The notes under the pieces are model-generated. The model was not told the origin of the DNA. It was given only the letters and a program-made list of their open reading frames with translations, and did not search any database. From an uncultured Verrucomicrobiae bacterium (lineage in GTDB: Bacteria; Verrucomicrobiota; Verrucomicrobiia; Chthoniobacterales; JAFAMB01), in assembly GCA_963750185.1 (NCBI GenBank), contig CAVVPV010000004.1, forward strand, positions 137,584 to 201,583: a stretch of 64,000 nucleotides of DNA, in the 5' to 3' direction. Each line of letters starts with the position of its first letter. Within the stretch, counting starts at the first letter, position 1. Positions 31,812 through 43,054 of the stretch are shown here, one piece after another. The position numbers were made by a program, and so were the translations under genes.

Positions 31812-32449
31812 AACCGGCGGCTACACCATCCGAAAAACCATCGGGCCCCACCGTGTTCATAGTCGATGATGATATATCCATGCGGGGAGCGCTCATTCGT
31901 CTGATCCGGTCTGTCGGCTTGCATGTAGAGGCGTTTTCCACAGCTAGGGAATTCCTTCGTCAAAAAGAGCCGGAAGTTCCTGCATGCCTCGTGCTCGATG
32001 TCCGTTTGCCAGGCTTGAGCGGGATGGAGCTTCAAAAGGAAATGGCATCGGCAAATTGTCGGATTCCAATCATTTTCATCACCGGCCATGGCGATGTTCC
32101 TATGAGCGTGCGTGCGATGAAAGCCGGCGCGGTTGACTTCATCACGAAACCGTTTCGGGACCAGGATTTGCTCGACGCGATTCAACATGCGATTAACCAG
32201 GACACCGAGGCGCTCAGGCGGCGTTCTGAGTTGGTGGAATTGCGATCCCGATACGAGACACTGACCTCGCGCGAACGGGAGGTTATGGGCTTGGTCGTCC
32301 GTGGCCTGTTGAACAAACAAGCCGCTGCCGAACTTGGCACGAGTGAAATTACTGTGAAGATCCATCGGGGCCAAATGATGAAAAAGATGCAAGTTGAATC
32401 CGTGGCCGACCTGGTGCGCGTTGCCCAAAGACTGGGCCTTTCGTCCTGA
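31808..32449 (+). CDS. FixJ/NodW-family response regulator (REC + LuxR HTH)
   Basis: IVDDD, LDVRLP, KPF, LTSREREV...NKQ...TVKIHR. Confidence 0.92.
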   Translation: MKPAATPSEKPSGPTVFIVDDDISMRGALIRLIRSVGLHVEAFSTAREFLRQKEPEVPACLVLDVRLPGLSGMELQKEMASANCRIPIIFITGHGDVPMSVRAMKAGAVDFITKPFRDQDLLDAIQHAINQDTEALRRRSELVELRSRYETLTSREREVMGLVVRGLLNKQAAAELGTSEITVKIHRGQMMKKMQVESVADLVRVAQRLGLSS

Positions 32450-32506
32450 TCCGCATACGAGGTCTTTAAGAAGCTTTTCTATTTCCGAAGACCGCGGCGC
32501 CGCGCC

Positions 32507-32628
32507 CCATAAGCGCTAACCTTAAGCAAAATCCTACAACGAAAGAGCGTATCCTGTCCCGGAGGGACCAAATGAAAGTAGCCTGGCACGAAATGCCGGG
32601 AAACAAGAGAAAAGCGGACCCGTCCCTG
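32507..32628. repeat. Single arm of the inverted-repeat element family seen at 17865
   Basis: CCATAAGCGCTAAC...GTATCCTGTCCCGGAGGGACCAAATGAAAGTAGCCTGGCACGAA is nearly identical to 17865-17985. Confidence 0.8.
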
Positions 32629-32720
32629 CGAGGTGTTCCCGCCGTTCCCACAAGAAGGTCGGGGAGCCCATACCAAGGTATGGATAGCCGGTAGGGCCAA
32701 AGAGGCATTATTATCGATCC

Positions 32721-33101
32721 GTGCAACAACCAGCAAACCATCTCATAGCGATGGTGGACGATGACCCGTCAATTCGTGAGGCAACAGCTAGGCTCTTGAG
32801 GTCCTGCGGATTCCAGCTAGAGAGTTTTCCTTCCGGGGAGGCATTCCTAGATTCGCCGCATCGGAAGGACATCCGGTGCCTTATTCTCGACGTCCGAATG
32901 CCGGGAATGAGCGGCTTGGAATTGCAGCGTCGGCTGGCCGACGAAGACCCGCGGATCCCCATCGTCTTTGTGTCTGCTCACGGGAATGAAGCGCTCCGCC
33001 AGGAAGCCATGCAAGCCGGCGCTATTGACCTATTATCCAAGCCCTGCAGTGCTGAGGCGCTGCTACAAGTCGTGCGCGCTGCGTTGGAGAGTGCCACATA
33101 A
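32721..33101 (+). CDS. Single-domain response regulator
   Basis: MVDDD, LDVRMP, VSAH, SKP. Confidence 0.88.
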   Translation: MQQPANHLIAMVDDDPSIREATARLLRSCGFQLESFPSGEAFLDSPHRKDIRCLILDVRMPGMSGLELQRRLADEDPRIPIVFVSAHGNEALRQEAMQAGAIDLLSKPCSAEALLQVVRAALESAT

Positions 33102-33118
33102 AGCCGAAGAAACCGGAA

Positions 33119-33562
33119 TCATTGGCTCTTGGGTCGGACGAGCTCGGCTCGTTCAACAATTCGGCCATTGACGACCAGTTGAGCGCGTTTCACCTCCGAT
33201 GTGTTGACGATTAATTCGGCTCTGGGAACAGGGGTTGAATCGCTCTCTCCCTTGGCAAGACTCTGGCCAGGGGTGGTTACAGGACTCGTTTGCCCCTGGT
33301 TTTGTTGTTGGAGCAGATCATCCAAAAATTTGCGATCTTCCTTACTGAGAGCCTCGGGGACGGCGCCGTTGCTTGAATTGTCCCTGTGCGCGGTCATAGG
33401 GGCAATCATGAAGGATACTAAGACCAGGCATATGGAAGCCCCAAGAACAGGGACAAGGACGGATTTCCCGTATCCTCTTACCGAAAAATATAAGAACGTG
33501 CCAGCCGATAAAACAGCCAAAATCGGCAAGATAAAGTTCATATTAGCATCGAAGATAGACAC
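33119..33562 (-). CDS. Hypothetical membrane protein
   Basis: Two N-terminal hydrophobic helices; C-terminal repeated (P/K/E)RA(E/Q)L(I/V)V motif. Confidence 0.55.
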   Translation of the reverse strand: MSIFDANMNFILPILAVLSAGTFLYFSVRGYGKSVLVPVLGASICLVLVSFMIAPMTAHRDNSSNGAVPEALSKEDRKFLDDLLQQQNQGQTSPVTTPGQSLAKGESDSTPVPRAELIVNTSEVKRAQLVVNGRIVERAELVRPKSQ

Positions 33563-33830
33563 CTGGAGCGGGCCAAGTGTTCATCCCGTGCTTGTATACC
33601 CACCGTTGAAGAGAAAATGATCACCGAAAACCCCGATGAGACGTTGCGAACTGCAAGCCGCACGGCGCGCCCTTATGAGCGGTGGATTCTTTTCTCTGGA
33701 CTATTCGATGACCGCGAACGTGGCCGGATATTCATGCGGCGGCTGATTACCATCCGAAATTGCATCTCCGCAACGCTTATCCCTGAAGTGGTTCGTGAGC
33801 GCGAGTTTTGTTGGATTTTTATGGCGACCC

Positions 33831-34484
33831 ATGGGCAAAGCAACATTTGACTTCATTGCGGATCTGTACCCAGTTTTGGAAGAACTGGTCTTCGGCTCTA
33901 CTCTGAGCCAGTCGCGCAAATTTTTTGTTCCGCGAGTTACCGAAGGGAACAATGTCTTGCTGATTGGCGAAGGGAACGGACGATTTTTGTTTGAAATCGT
34001 CAAACAAACTTCGTCGTCCACTTTCACGGTGGTCGACTCAAGCGCAAGGATGCTGGCCGCAGCAGCACGACGAATCGCGACTCTTGATCGTTGTCCTGAG
34101 ATCGAGTTTTTTCATGCGGATATTGTAGAATGGCGATCACCGGTTCCGCATTATGACCGGATTGTAACGCATTTCCTCATGGATCTTTATAGGCCGGACA
34201 GTATCCGGCGGATCGTTAATAAGATTTCCCGGCTTTCTACGGAAGAAACCTTGTGGATCAACGTTGATTTCACCGGTGCCAATCAACTGCTTCGTCAGAA
34301 GCTTTTGATGTGGGCGCAGTACCGCTTCTTTCGATTATCCGCCCGAATCGAAGCACCGCGACTCTTCGACTCGCGTTGCTATATCCGGCAGGCAGGGTGG
34401 CGTATATTGGAATGCAGATCACTTGAGTCGGGCTGGATTTCAGCGCATCTAATGTCCAGACAGCGTGCGAGTATGCGGGCGTAA
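33831..34484 (+). CDS. Class I SAM-dependent methyltransferase
   Basis: VLLIGEGNGRF motif I, VVDSSARML, YDRIVTHFLMD. Confidence 0.8.
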   Translation: MGKATFDFIADLYPVLEELVFGSTLSQSRKFFVPRVTEGNNVLLIGEGNGRFLFEIVKQTSSSTFTVVDSSARMLAAAARRIATLDRCPEIEFFHADIVEWRSPVPHYDRIVTHFLMDLYRPDSIRRIVNKISRLSTEETLWINVDFTGANQLLRQKLLMWAQYRFFRLSARIEAPRLFDSRCYIRQAGWRILECRSLESGWISAHLMSRQRASMRA

Positions 34485-34732
34485 CCTGCGACGGGCGTGA
34501 ATGGTTTTGCAGTTATAACGGCGGGACGATCATTGATCGTGAGAAAAAGATAACAATTAACAATCGGCCTGAAAAGCATGCATCGTATAGCGAAAAACAA
34601 TAAGACGCGTTCCAGAAATCAACAAAGCCTTGATTAGAGGTTCAAGGATCGGGGATCGAGGCCTGAAAAAAACGAAGGGCTGGCATTAGCCGGCCGCTTC
34701 GGACTTATGACGCTTGCAGAACGTTGGCTCTA

Positions 34733-35891
34733 GTGTCGTGTCCCTTAATTACGTAGAAAGAATCTCTGGCGCGGCGAGCGCTTCTCTGGCTCGTCGGATT
34801 TTTTCTAGGATTTTAAGACCGGAAGCTCGCCAAACATATTTCTTTGGATCCTGGTTGCGGTCTGCCAGATAGGATTCAATTGCACGCACCAACTCACGAG
34901 TGGATTGGAAGCTGCCTTCGCGGACAACGTCCGCCGTGAGTTCCCCGAAAAATCGCTCGACGAGGTTTAACCATGAGGAGCTAGTCGGAGTAAAATGCAT
35001 GTGAAAGCGAGGGTGAGCCTTGAGCCAGCGCTGAACGGTCGGGTGTTTATGCGTCGCGTAGTTATCGACAATGAGGTGCAGATCAAGTTCCCGAGGGGTT
35101 TCCCGGTCGATCTGCTTTAAGAACCGCAGCCATTCGATGTGGGTATGGGATTGTTCAGTTCGAGAGATAATTTTACCTTCCAGATAGCTCAGAGCGGCAA
35201 AGAGCGTGATCGTGCCGTGCCGGATATAGTCATGGGTCTGGGTGCGTGCGTAACCTTTCTTCAGAGGAAGGGGGCGCTGCGTGCGCTCCAGGGCTTGGCA
35301 CTGACTCTTCTCGTCGCAGCACAGTACCAAGGCCCGCTCGGGCGGATTTATATACAGCCCAATAACATCCCAGAATTTCACTTCAAAGTTCGGATCATTG
35401 GAAATCTTAAAGGTCTCCAGCCGATGTGGCCTAATGTCATTGTGGTTCCAGATGCGTTGTACGGTGCTCTTGCTTACCCTGGCTTCGCGCGCCATGGAAC
35501 GGACGCTCCATCGAGTTCGACCCTGCGGCGGTCGAGTCGCCCGTTCAACAATTAAAGAGATTCTCTCGGCTGGCAGTCGGGCCTTGCGACCCCTTCCGGG
35601 CGCTTCCGTAAGCCCCGCTAATCCGTAGGCATCAAAGCGCTTTGACCACTTGCAAACCGCTCCCATACTGCATCCAAGCGTTCTTGCCACCTCCGTTTCG
35701 GCCTTACCCTCAAGCCGAAGCAGAATAATCTTTGCCCGGAAACGATCTCCTACCGATACTTTCGTGCCTCGGGCCATTCGGCTTAGTTCAACGAGTTCCT
35801 CATCGGTTGCCTGCAGCTGCAATATCGGACGCGCCATTCATGTACGATAGCAGAAACTCAGTTCTTGTCACGTTTTTAAGGGACAGCACAC
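34733..35891 (-). mobile_element. IS630-family insertion sequence, apparently intact
   Basis: Terminal IRs GTGTCGTGTCCCTTAA / TTAAGGGACAGCACAC, each flanked by TA in a CTAG context (34731 and 35892). Confidence 0.9.
34749..35837 (-). CDS. IS630-family DDE transposase
   Basis: N-terminal HTHs; CCDEKS, IVDNYATH and SWLNLVERFF motifs. Confidence 0.95.
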   Translation of the reverse strand: MARPILQLQATDEELVELSRMARGTKVSVGDRFRAKIILLRLEGKAETEVARTLGCSMGAVCKWSKRFDAYGLAGLTEAPGRGRKARLPAERISLIVERATRPPQGRTRWSVRSMAREARVSKSTVQRIWNHNDIRPHRLETFKISNDPNFEVKFWDVIGLYINPPERALVLCCDEKSQCQALERTQRPLPLKKGYARTQTHDYIRHGTITLFAALSYLEGKIISRTEQSHTHIEWLRFLKQIDRETPRELDLHLIVDNYATHKHPTVQRWLKAHPRFHMHFTPTSSSWLNLVERFFGELTADVVREGSFQSTRELVRAIESYLADRNQDPKKYVWRASGLKILEKIRRAREALAAPEILST

Positions 35892-36417
35892 TAGCTCGAT
35901 TACCCGATATTCGGCTATGTAGTTACCTCAACCCTGTTTTGTCAGATCCCGCCTTTATTGCTTGTGACATATTGACCGGGCCAAAAAGGCCAGAGCGTGA
36001 CCGACGTAAGGACCGCGTGGTCTTGAATCCTCACATGTGAGCGGAGTTAACCTACGTGACTGGCCTCCCAGACGGGATTGCACGACATGGCGATAGTTAA
36101 AAACCGCAAATCAGATGTTACGTACGTTAAATCGAGCGCTCGCTCTTGCTCAAGAAACCGAATTCCGGTGTAACGACGCTCCTTAACCCATACTTCCTTG
36201 ACTTTGAGCGGGGCTGGATCCTTTGCATTCCCCGGAATAAGAAGGAAATGTTGGAGATCCAGGGCTTTATCAGCTGGATGGGAATGACGGCCGGTCACCG
36301 CGTGATGACTGTGACCGCATGGGAGACCCCGGAGGATTACTGCATTTAAATCGTGGATTGCCTGGGAGCGCGGTCTACGATTTAAGTACAGAGCGACAGC
36401 TACACTTCCCCGAGGCC

Positions 36418-38214
36418 ATGAAACCGGAATTCATCGTCTTGACGCTCATTCTCTTAGGGGCCCTTTACCTCTTCTGGACGCAGAGACTGCGGACAGACAT
36501 CGCCGCTCTACTCGTGATGTTGTCCGTGGCCCTTCCTTGGCCACGACCGGACGGCAAATGGTCTGCCATCCTGAGCCCGCAGGAGGCGTTCTCCGGCTTT
36601 GGCAGCGTGGCGGTGATCATGGTCACGGCGATGTTTGTGTTTAGCGCTGCCATGGTCCGCACCGGTGCCGCCGAAATAATCGGCGGGCGCTTATTTAGGG
36701 TCTGTGCTCACAACGAACTCCTCTTGCAGATCGCAGTACTGTTCGTCGCAGCCGCCTTTTCGATGTTTATCAATGAAACGACGATTGTCCTCATTTTCAT
36801 GCCGGTCGTTCTGGGGGTGTGCAAAGAGCGCAACCTCTCGCCTTCGCGCTACCTGCTTTGTGCCGCTTACGGCGCGGCGCTCGGGGGTCAATGGACGTTG
36901 ATCGGCACCCGCAGCAACATCATCGTGAGCGATTTACTCCGCCAGCGAACGGGTCATGGAATTAACTTCTTTGATTTCACGCCGATTGCCGCCACCGTTT
37001 TCGTTGGCTGTGCGGCTTATTTTTTTCTGTTCGGGCGGAGGTTTCTGCCGAAAGCCGAGGTGCAATCGTTGGAGCAGGAACTGGGCAAGGAGTATTTGAC
37101 CGAGGTGATGGTTACGCCGCAATCGGCCACCGTCGGATTAACCCTCGACCAACTCGACTGGGCTAAGCGGCAGGATGTAACGATTGTCGGCGTCATCCGC
37201 GAGGGTGAACGGATGCCGCCCAACGGGTGGCTGAAATTGCATCCCGGCGACGCGCTCATCATGCAAGGCGCCGTGCCGACGATCGGCAGCCTGCTGAAAT
37301 CGCCCGATTTTCAATTCATGGAGGAGGTCAAGATTGGCGAGAAGACACTCCGGAGCCTGGACCTTATTACCGTCGAAGCGTTGCTCTCCCCGAACTCCCT
37401 GTACACTGGGCGTACCATGCAGCAGACCAATTTTGGTCGCGACTATGGTTTCAGTGTGCTGGGCATTTCTCGGCACGGGCAGACCATCCATGAGCGACCC
37501 TCGGCCACGCGACTCGAGCATGGCGACTCTCTTCTCTTGCTCGGCCACAACTCAAACCTCGAACGACTAGAGCGCAATCCGAACCTGATTCTGCTCAGCC
37601 AACAGCAATTCCCGACTTCGAGCAAAAAGCAGGCGATAATCACGATGCTGCTCCTGGGCGGCATCATCCTGACGGCGATCACGGGCGTTCTTACGCCGGC
37701 ACTCTCCATCCCACTTGCTGCCGTCGCCGTGCTCTTATTGGGGTGTGTCAAAGTGACTGACACTTACAAGTCGGTCAACTGGCAAGCCGTTGCGACCGTC
37801 GGTGGCATGATGTCGGTGGGTCTCGCGCTGGAGAAAACCGGTGCCGCGGGAGCTTTGGCTCACGTCATCGTCATCCATTTACAATCGGCCGGCACGAATT
37901 TGATTCTTTGCGCCTTACTGGCGTTGACGGTTGCACTGACTCAATTGATCGAAAACGCGGCGGTGGCCATCATCCTCGCGCCGATTGCTTACCAAATCGC
38001 GCGTGAAGGCCACGCCGATCCAAAGCCTTTCATGGTGGCATTGGCCATTTGCATTTCAACGTCGTTTTGCACGCCCGTCGCCCACGAGACCACCATGCTG
38101 GTGATGGGGCCCGGCCGATACCGTTTCAAGCACTACCTTTTTATAGGCAGTGGAATGGCCGTCATTGCCTGGCTGCTCACCACGTTCGTGACCCCGCTAG
38201 TTTGGAAGTTTTGA
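36418..38214 (+). CDS. SLC13/CitMHS-family permease with two TrkA-C domains
   Basis: FSGFGS, TLIGTRSNI, two cytoplasmic TrkA-C-like repeats, FCTPVAH...VMGPGRYRF. Confidence 0.88.
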   Translation: MKPEFIVLTLILLGALYLFWTQRLRTDIAALLVMLSVALPWPRPDGKWSAILSPQEAFSGFGSVAVIMVTAMFVFSAAMVRTGAAEIIGGRLFRVCAHNELLLQIAVLFVAAAFSMFINETTIVLIFMPVVLGVCKERNLSPSRYLLCAAYGAALGGQWTLIGTRSNIIVSDLLRQRTGHGINFFDFTPIAATVFVGCAAYFFLFGRRFLPKAEVQSLEQELGKEYLTEVMVTPQSATVGLTLDQLDWAKRQDVTIVGVIREGERMPPNGWLKLHPGDALIMQGAVPTIGSLLKSPDFQFMEEVKIGEKTLRSLDLITVEALLSPNSLYTGRTMQQTNFGRDYGFSVLGISRHGQTIHERPSATRLEHGDSLLLLGHNSNLERLERNPNLILLSQQQFPTSSKKQAIITMLLLGGIILTAITGVLTPALSIPLAAVAVLLLGCVKVTDTYKSVNWQAVATVGGMMSVGLALEKTGAAGALAHVIVIHLQSAGTNLILCALLALTVALTQLIENAAVAIILAPIAYQIAREGHADPKPFMVALAICISTSFCTPVAHETTMLVMGPGRYRFKHYLFIGSGMAVIAWLLTTFVTPLVWKF

Positions 38215-39789
38215 TTTACCAGATTTCACTCAGAATCGCCTTGAAATGGATCCGCATTAATGCCGAGTCCCGCATCACCGGCATGCAGGGCGTTTATGTT
38301 CTTAGTTCGCTACGGCTAGTACCCGGGGCTTTGTCACGTCCCCAGCCACGAATTGCGGCGATACGCGGAGCCGGGCGTGATAATGCCGACAAGGTTCGGC
38401 GGATCCCCGGCGGCAACATCGGTTTGAAATTATTTTTTGATCGAAGAGCTTGGGATGATTCGTTCAACCGCTTCAATCGCGTTGATCAATCCAAATCCAT
38501 CGAATGGGCTGTAACCGAGCGTCGGCTGTCCGTTCAGAATAGACGCGGTCACCGAGTTCTTCGATTGACCACCGAAATTGACGGTGAAGGTTCCCCCCGA
38601 GCCCAATTGCTCGGCTTCGGATCCGACTCCAGGCAAGGGCAAGTCGGCCGTAGCGCCCGGGTACATGCCGGCATTATTCTGGAGAACCGTAAAGCTGATC
38701 GAACCTCCTGTAGTAAACGTGCCGCTTTTAAATTTCAGCGTGAACTTGGAAGCCGAAGTCGACACTGGGTCAATTTGCACGTCTGATGGATTCACACCGA
38801 TCGTCGTTCCAATCGTGAAGCCGAATGCCGCACTTGTTGTGTTGAACACGAGTCCTGCCGCCGACCCGTCAATCCTCAGGCTTTCGATCGATTGGCCCGG
38901 AACTCCGACGTAATTCAAAGTCAGATAGTCAGAACCGAAATAGGATTGACCAACTGCTGTGACGGTTGCGGAGCCCCTCAAATTGGCGCCGATTCCTTGA
39001 GCCATTTCGGGAGTACTTGTTCTGGGTTGGGCGCTATTCTCAAGCGCCAACTTTACCGTGTCCGCATCGAGTGAGCTGGGTCCACCCGCCGCTTGCAACA
39101 TCAACGCTACAACACCCGCGACGCTTGGCCCTGCAGCGCTCGTGCCAAAGAATGCGAAAGGATAGTTGTAATAGGGGGGAGATCCGAAAAATGTCGTTAT
39201 CACTCCGTCCACGCCGGCTACCTCAGGTTTCAGCCTTGTTTCCGGAACGGTTAACCGGTTGCCGTTCGCGTCGAAGTAGATCGTCACCGGTCCCGGAGAA
39301 GTAAAATTCTCGAGTTGCGGCTGATAGGGAGGCGCCGGTTTCCAATTAAAATCGTAAGCGGCTACCGCTATGGCTGATTCCGCAGCCGGATGACCGAAAA
39401 TATTCGGTACCGCAGGCGGGTTGGGGTTAAAGTTTTTGCCGATTAAAAAACTCGATTCTAAGTTGCTGTAAATTGCAAGCTGGTGGGTTTGCGGAATCTT
39501 TCCGGCTTTTGGATCGGTCTCTTTCGTTTTCGTGATCGCAATCTGATAGTTGGTCCCAAGGTTTAAGTAACCAATGTATTGAATAGGCTGTTGCACGGCA
39601 AATGCATTAGTAGTGCTGCTCAGCGCGGCTAAATAATTTCCGTCCTGATCGAAGACCAGGAAATTATAGTTCGTCGTGATGCCGTGATCCTGATCAAACA
39701 AGTCATCCCACTGCAAAAATAATTCGTATTGTTGAAAAGAAGAAAGCTCAGGCGCCCCGACCGTTGTCACCGGTTCAGATCCGCCGTTA

Positions 39790-41068
39790 GGGATTGTCGC
39801 AAAATAAGTGTATCAATATTTCTTAGAATAGATACTCTGGAGCTAATGGTTGATATAGACGCGATAAAGCGTCGTTTCGAGAGTTTGTTGCCTACAGTGG
39901 ATGAGCGGATGCGCCGATTGATTGCCGCTGCGGAAAGTCTCGCCATCGATTACGGAGGTGTTTCCATTGTTTCTCGTGCCACGGGAGTGTCTAGGCGCGC
40001 GATTGCGCGTGGCATCGTCGAATTAGGCAATCCTCCAGTGCCTTCCGGCGGAGCTATCCGTAAACCGGGCGGAGGACGCAAGAGCACAGTGGAACAGGAC
40101 GCGACGCTGGTGAGAGATTTGGAGCTGTTGATCGACCGCTGAGCCGTGGTGACCCGGAGTCTCCACTGCGCTGGACTTGCAGAGCGTGCGCAAACTGGCC
40201 CAGGAATTAGGTCGTCGCGGTCACCGCGTCAGCCACCGGTTGGTGGCCGAGTTGCTGCACGAGTTGGGTTATAGCCTGCAGGCCAACGCCAAGACTCTGG
40301 AAGGCTCTTCGCATCCTGATCGCAATGCTCAGTTTGAACATATCCACCGCAAGGTCCGGCGCTTCCTGAGCCAGGGTCAACCGGTCATCTCGGTTGATAC
40401 CAAGAAGAAGGAATTGGTGGGGGCCTTCAAAAACGGAGGGCGAGAGCTACGGCTCAAGGGGGACCCGGAGCAGGTGCGGGTCCATGACTTCGTCATTCCC
40501 GAGTTGGGACGGGTCACTCCCTATGGGGTCTACGATGTGGGCAAGAACCGAGGCTGGGTGAGCGTGGGTATTGACCACGACACAGCCACCTTCGCCGTGG
40601 AGAGCATCCGACGATGGTGGCGTTCGATGGGCAAACCGGTCTACCGCCAAGCTCAGCGCTTGCTGATTACCGCCGACTCGGGCGGCAGCAACGGCTCACG
40701 GGTCAGGCTCTGGAAGCTGGAGTTGCAGAAGCTGGGCAATGAGACCGCCTTGCACATCTCGGTGTGTCATTTACCTCCGGGCACCAGCAAGTGGAACAAG
40801 ATCGAGCACCGACTGTTTTCCTTCATCAGTCAGAACTGGCGCGGCAAGCCCTTGGTGAGCCACGAGGTGATTGTGAATTTGATTTCAGCAACAACTACTC
40901 AGACTGGTTTAAAGGTGCGGGCCGAACTCGACACCAACTCCTACCCGCCAGGAGCCAAGGTATCAAACAAACAGATTGAAGAAATAAATATTCGTCCCGA
41001 CTCGTTCCACGGAGAATGGAACTATACAATTCGTCCAAATACAGAGACATGATACACACAGACGGCCC
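39790..41068 (+). mobile_element. ISAzo13-family insertion sequence with a frameshifted transposase
   Basis: Ends TAGGG...CCCTA with GTGTATCA / TGATACAC IR cores; target duplication TA (could be read as TAG or TAGG). Confidence 0.85.
39846..41052 (+). pseudogene. ISAzo13-family transposase with two 1-nt deletions
   Basis: GGGRK, RGDPESPLRWT, ISVDTKKKE, ITADSGGSN, GTSKWNKIEHRLFS, FHGEWNYTI; frame breaks near 40137 and 40180. Confidence 0.85.
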
Positions 41069-43054
41069 TAGGTTTCCAGTTGTGCCAGCCCCCGGCACTC
41101 AGCGCAGGGTCGAGGTAATTCGGGGAGTTCGGGTCATTAACGAGCTTTAAGTTCCCGTGGTTCCCAGCCTTACGTACGTCCTGATCGCTGAGGTTCCGAT
41201 AGCTGTTACGATACCCATTGTTTCCGTAATTTCCGGCCGAGGAGGTATAGATGACTCGCTTGCCGGGTAACTTCGTGCTGTTGACCACGGTATTGACTAC
41301 ATCGGCGAGCAGGCCGTCTGAGAAAACCGGATCGTCAAAGTAAACTTCGTCATCGTCAATGACGTCGCAACCAGCCTGAGTGCGGAGAGCGATGATATTG
41401 TTGGCGAAACCGACCTCGCTTACTTTGGCTGTCGCGAATGCAAGCCGGCTGTGGGGCGCTTCGTCGTAAATGATCTGGAGAATCGCCCGTCCCTCATCGG
41501 TTCCATCAGGGAAGTCCTGAAGGACGTTGACGACCGGTAAATCACCCGTTGCAACATCCTGCTGCGCAGTAGTCGCGGGCGGATTGCTCGTATTCTCATA
41601 GGCTGTGTTAAAGCTGTCGGAAAGGACGCCGAGCGTAATCCCATCTCCTTTTAAACCGAGATTGTTCAGTATGTCTGTTTGGAGGATAGCGCAGCCTTGA
41701 GAGGTATATTTCCCAACCTGCGTCTTGGGCGGATGCTCCATCGTGAGGGCACGCACACCAACTAGCTTAGCAATATTTTCAAGCTGATCTGTTGGAACGT
41801 ACGCAGCCAGAATCCCGTGCCGGTAATTCTCGGAGCGATCTAGCACATTCCCCTGCAATGACTGCACTAGTGCGGCCACCGCATCCAAAGCGGCCTGCCC
41901 GTCAAGATAGACATGCACCAACACCCGATCGTTCGCGTCCCACCGGCCGGGAATCTGCGCTTTGTCGACTCCGCTGACCTTAGCAATCTGACTGTGTACT
42001 CCGGCGACTTGCGCTTCCGGCATCGTTTGCCTGGCGTGCAAAGCAAGCTTCTGGAGCGGTGAATCGATATTGACAGCGACTGCTGGTGGAGCGCCCCACG
42101 AGAGCCCAATCGTTCCAAAGTAAATGGTCGTCGCCAATGCGCTGACACTGAAAATTGTCGATGCCGGCCGAGTCTTGAGAGCGCAATAGGACTTAAACAA
42201 GCCAGACACAGATTGAGCGGCAAAGCCAGATTTCGAACGAAAAAAGACCCCGGAAAAAAGTTTGTTGCCTCTCATTTTACTAATTCGTTCCTTTCTGCGG
42301 CGGTCGGGAAAGAGCTGATCTGCGCAAGCGCCGTCACTAGCACAGATTTAATCCAGAATTCGGAGATGAGTGCAAGCCAATTCGTACAAAAGCGAGTTTC
42401 ATCGCGCTCATGAGCGCCGACCCGCAGCCCGCCGAATAAGCTTCCTTCTGTTAGAAGAACCAGAAATCCTGAAACCGAGGGATACAAAATAATATCTATA
42501 TAATAGCAGGATGCATGATCCGCGAGCAAACCGGGCACCGTTCACAAACTCGCAATGCTATGAAGAGGCGAGCGAAAGCTGATTCGAAACTTCATTCAAG
42601 CCGATGATCGAGTTATCGAATTGGGAGGGTGCATAGAAGTTCTCTCTTGCCTGGTAAATCCCGATTGATCTCGCCCACACATCACCTGGTCGTGTAAGCC
42701 AATCCGGCATGAATTCCCATTTTGAAATTGCATAAACGACTATACCGGGCCTGGTTAAGTATTAAACATTGCTCTGTATCGAGGTAGATTAAGTCGGTAT
42801 CATAGAGCTTCACAAAGAAGCGCTCGGTAATGCAGGTTTGGAAGAATGCCGCAACATGTTGACAAGTACTGCGAGCGTACCAAGTTTGCGTCACAACCGA
42901 ATTAACTGCAAAAATCTGGCCCGGAAGTGATTCAGTCTACGATTCAACTGCAATCGACAACTCCCGCGTTCGTTGAGTTTTCTCTCCTCTCCTCCTTTTT
43001 TACGAGCAATTGACGGCCAAATCGACTAAAAAATCTTTGGCTTCGGGAAATGTC

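Larger units (their letters stand above)
38430..42275 (-). pseudogene. Secreted S8/S53-like serine peptidase interrupted by an IS
   Basis: LGVLSDS, TDEGRA and FFGTSAA catalytic motifs; removing 39790-41070 restores the frame WHNWKP-NGGSEPVTT. Confidence 0.85.

Noticed and set aside
33617-33850. Universal stress protein fragment (IFMATHG)
   Set aside because: A single short motif overlapping the methyltransferase start; insufficient support.
36146-36349. Small ORF ending in GFISWMGMTAGHRVMTVTAWETPED
   Set aside because: Looks like a protein fragment, but I cannot assign a family or boundaries.
40130-40185. Programmed frameshift in the ISAzo13 transposase
   Set aside because: Two separate frame breaks and no slippery heptamer; better explained as mutations or sequencing indels.
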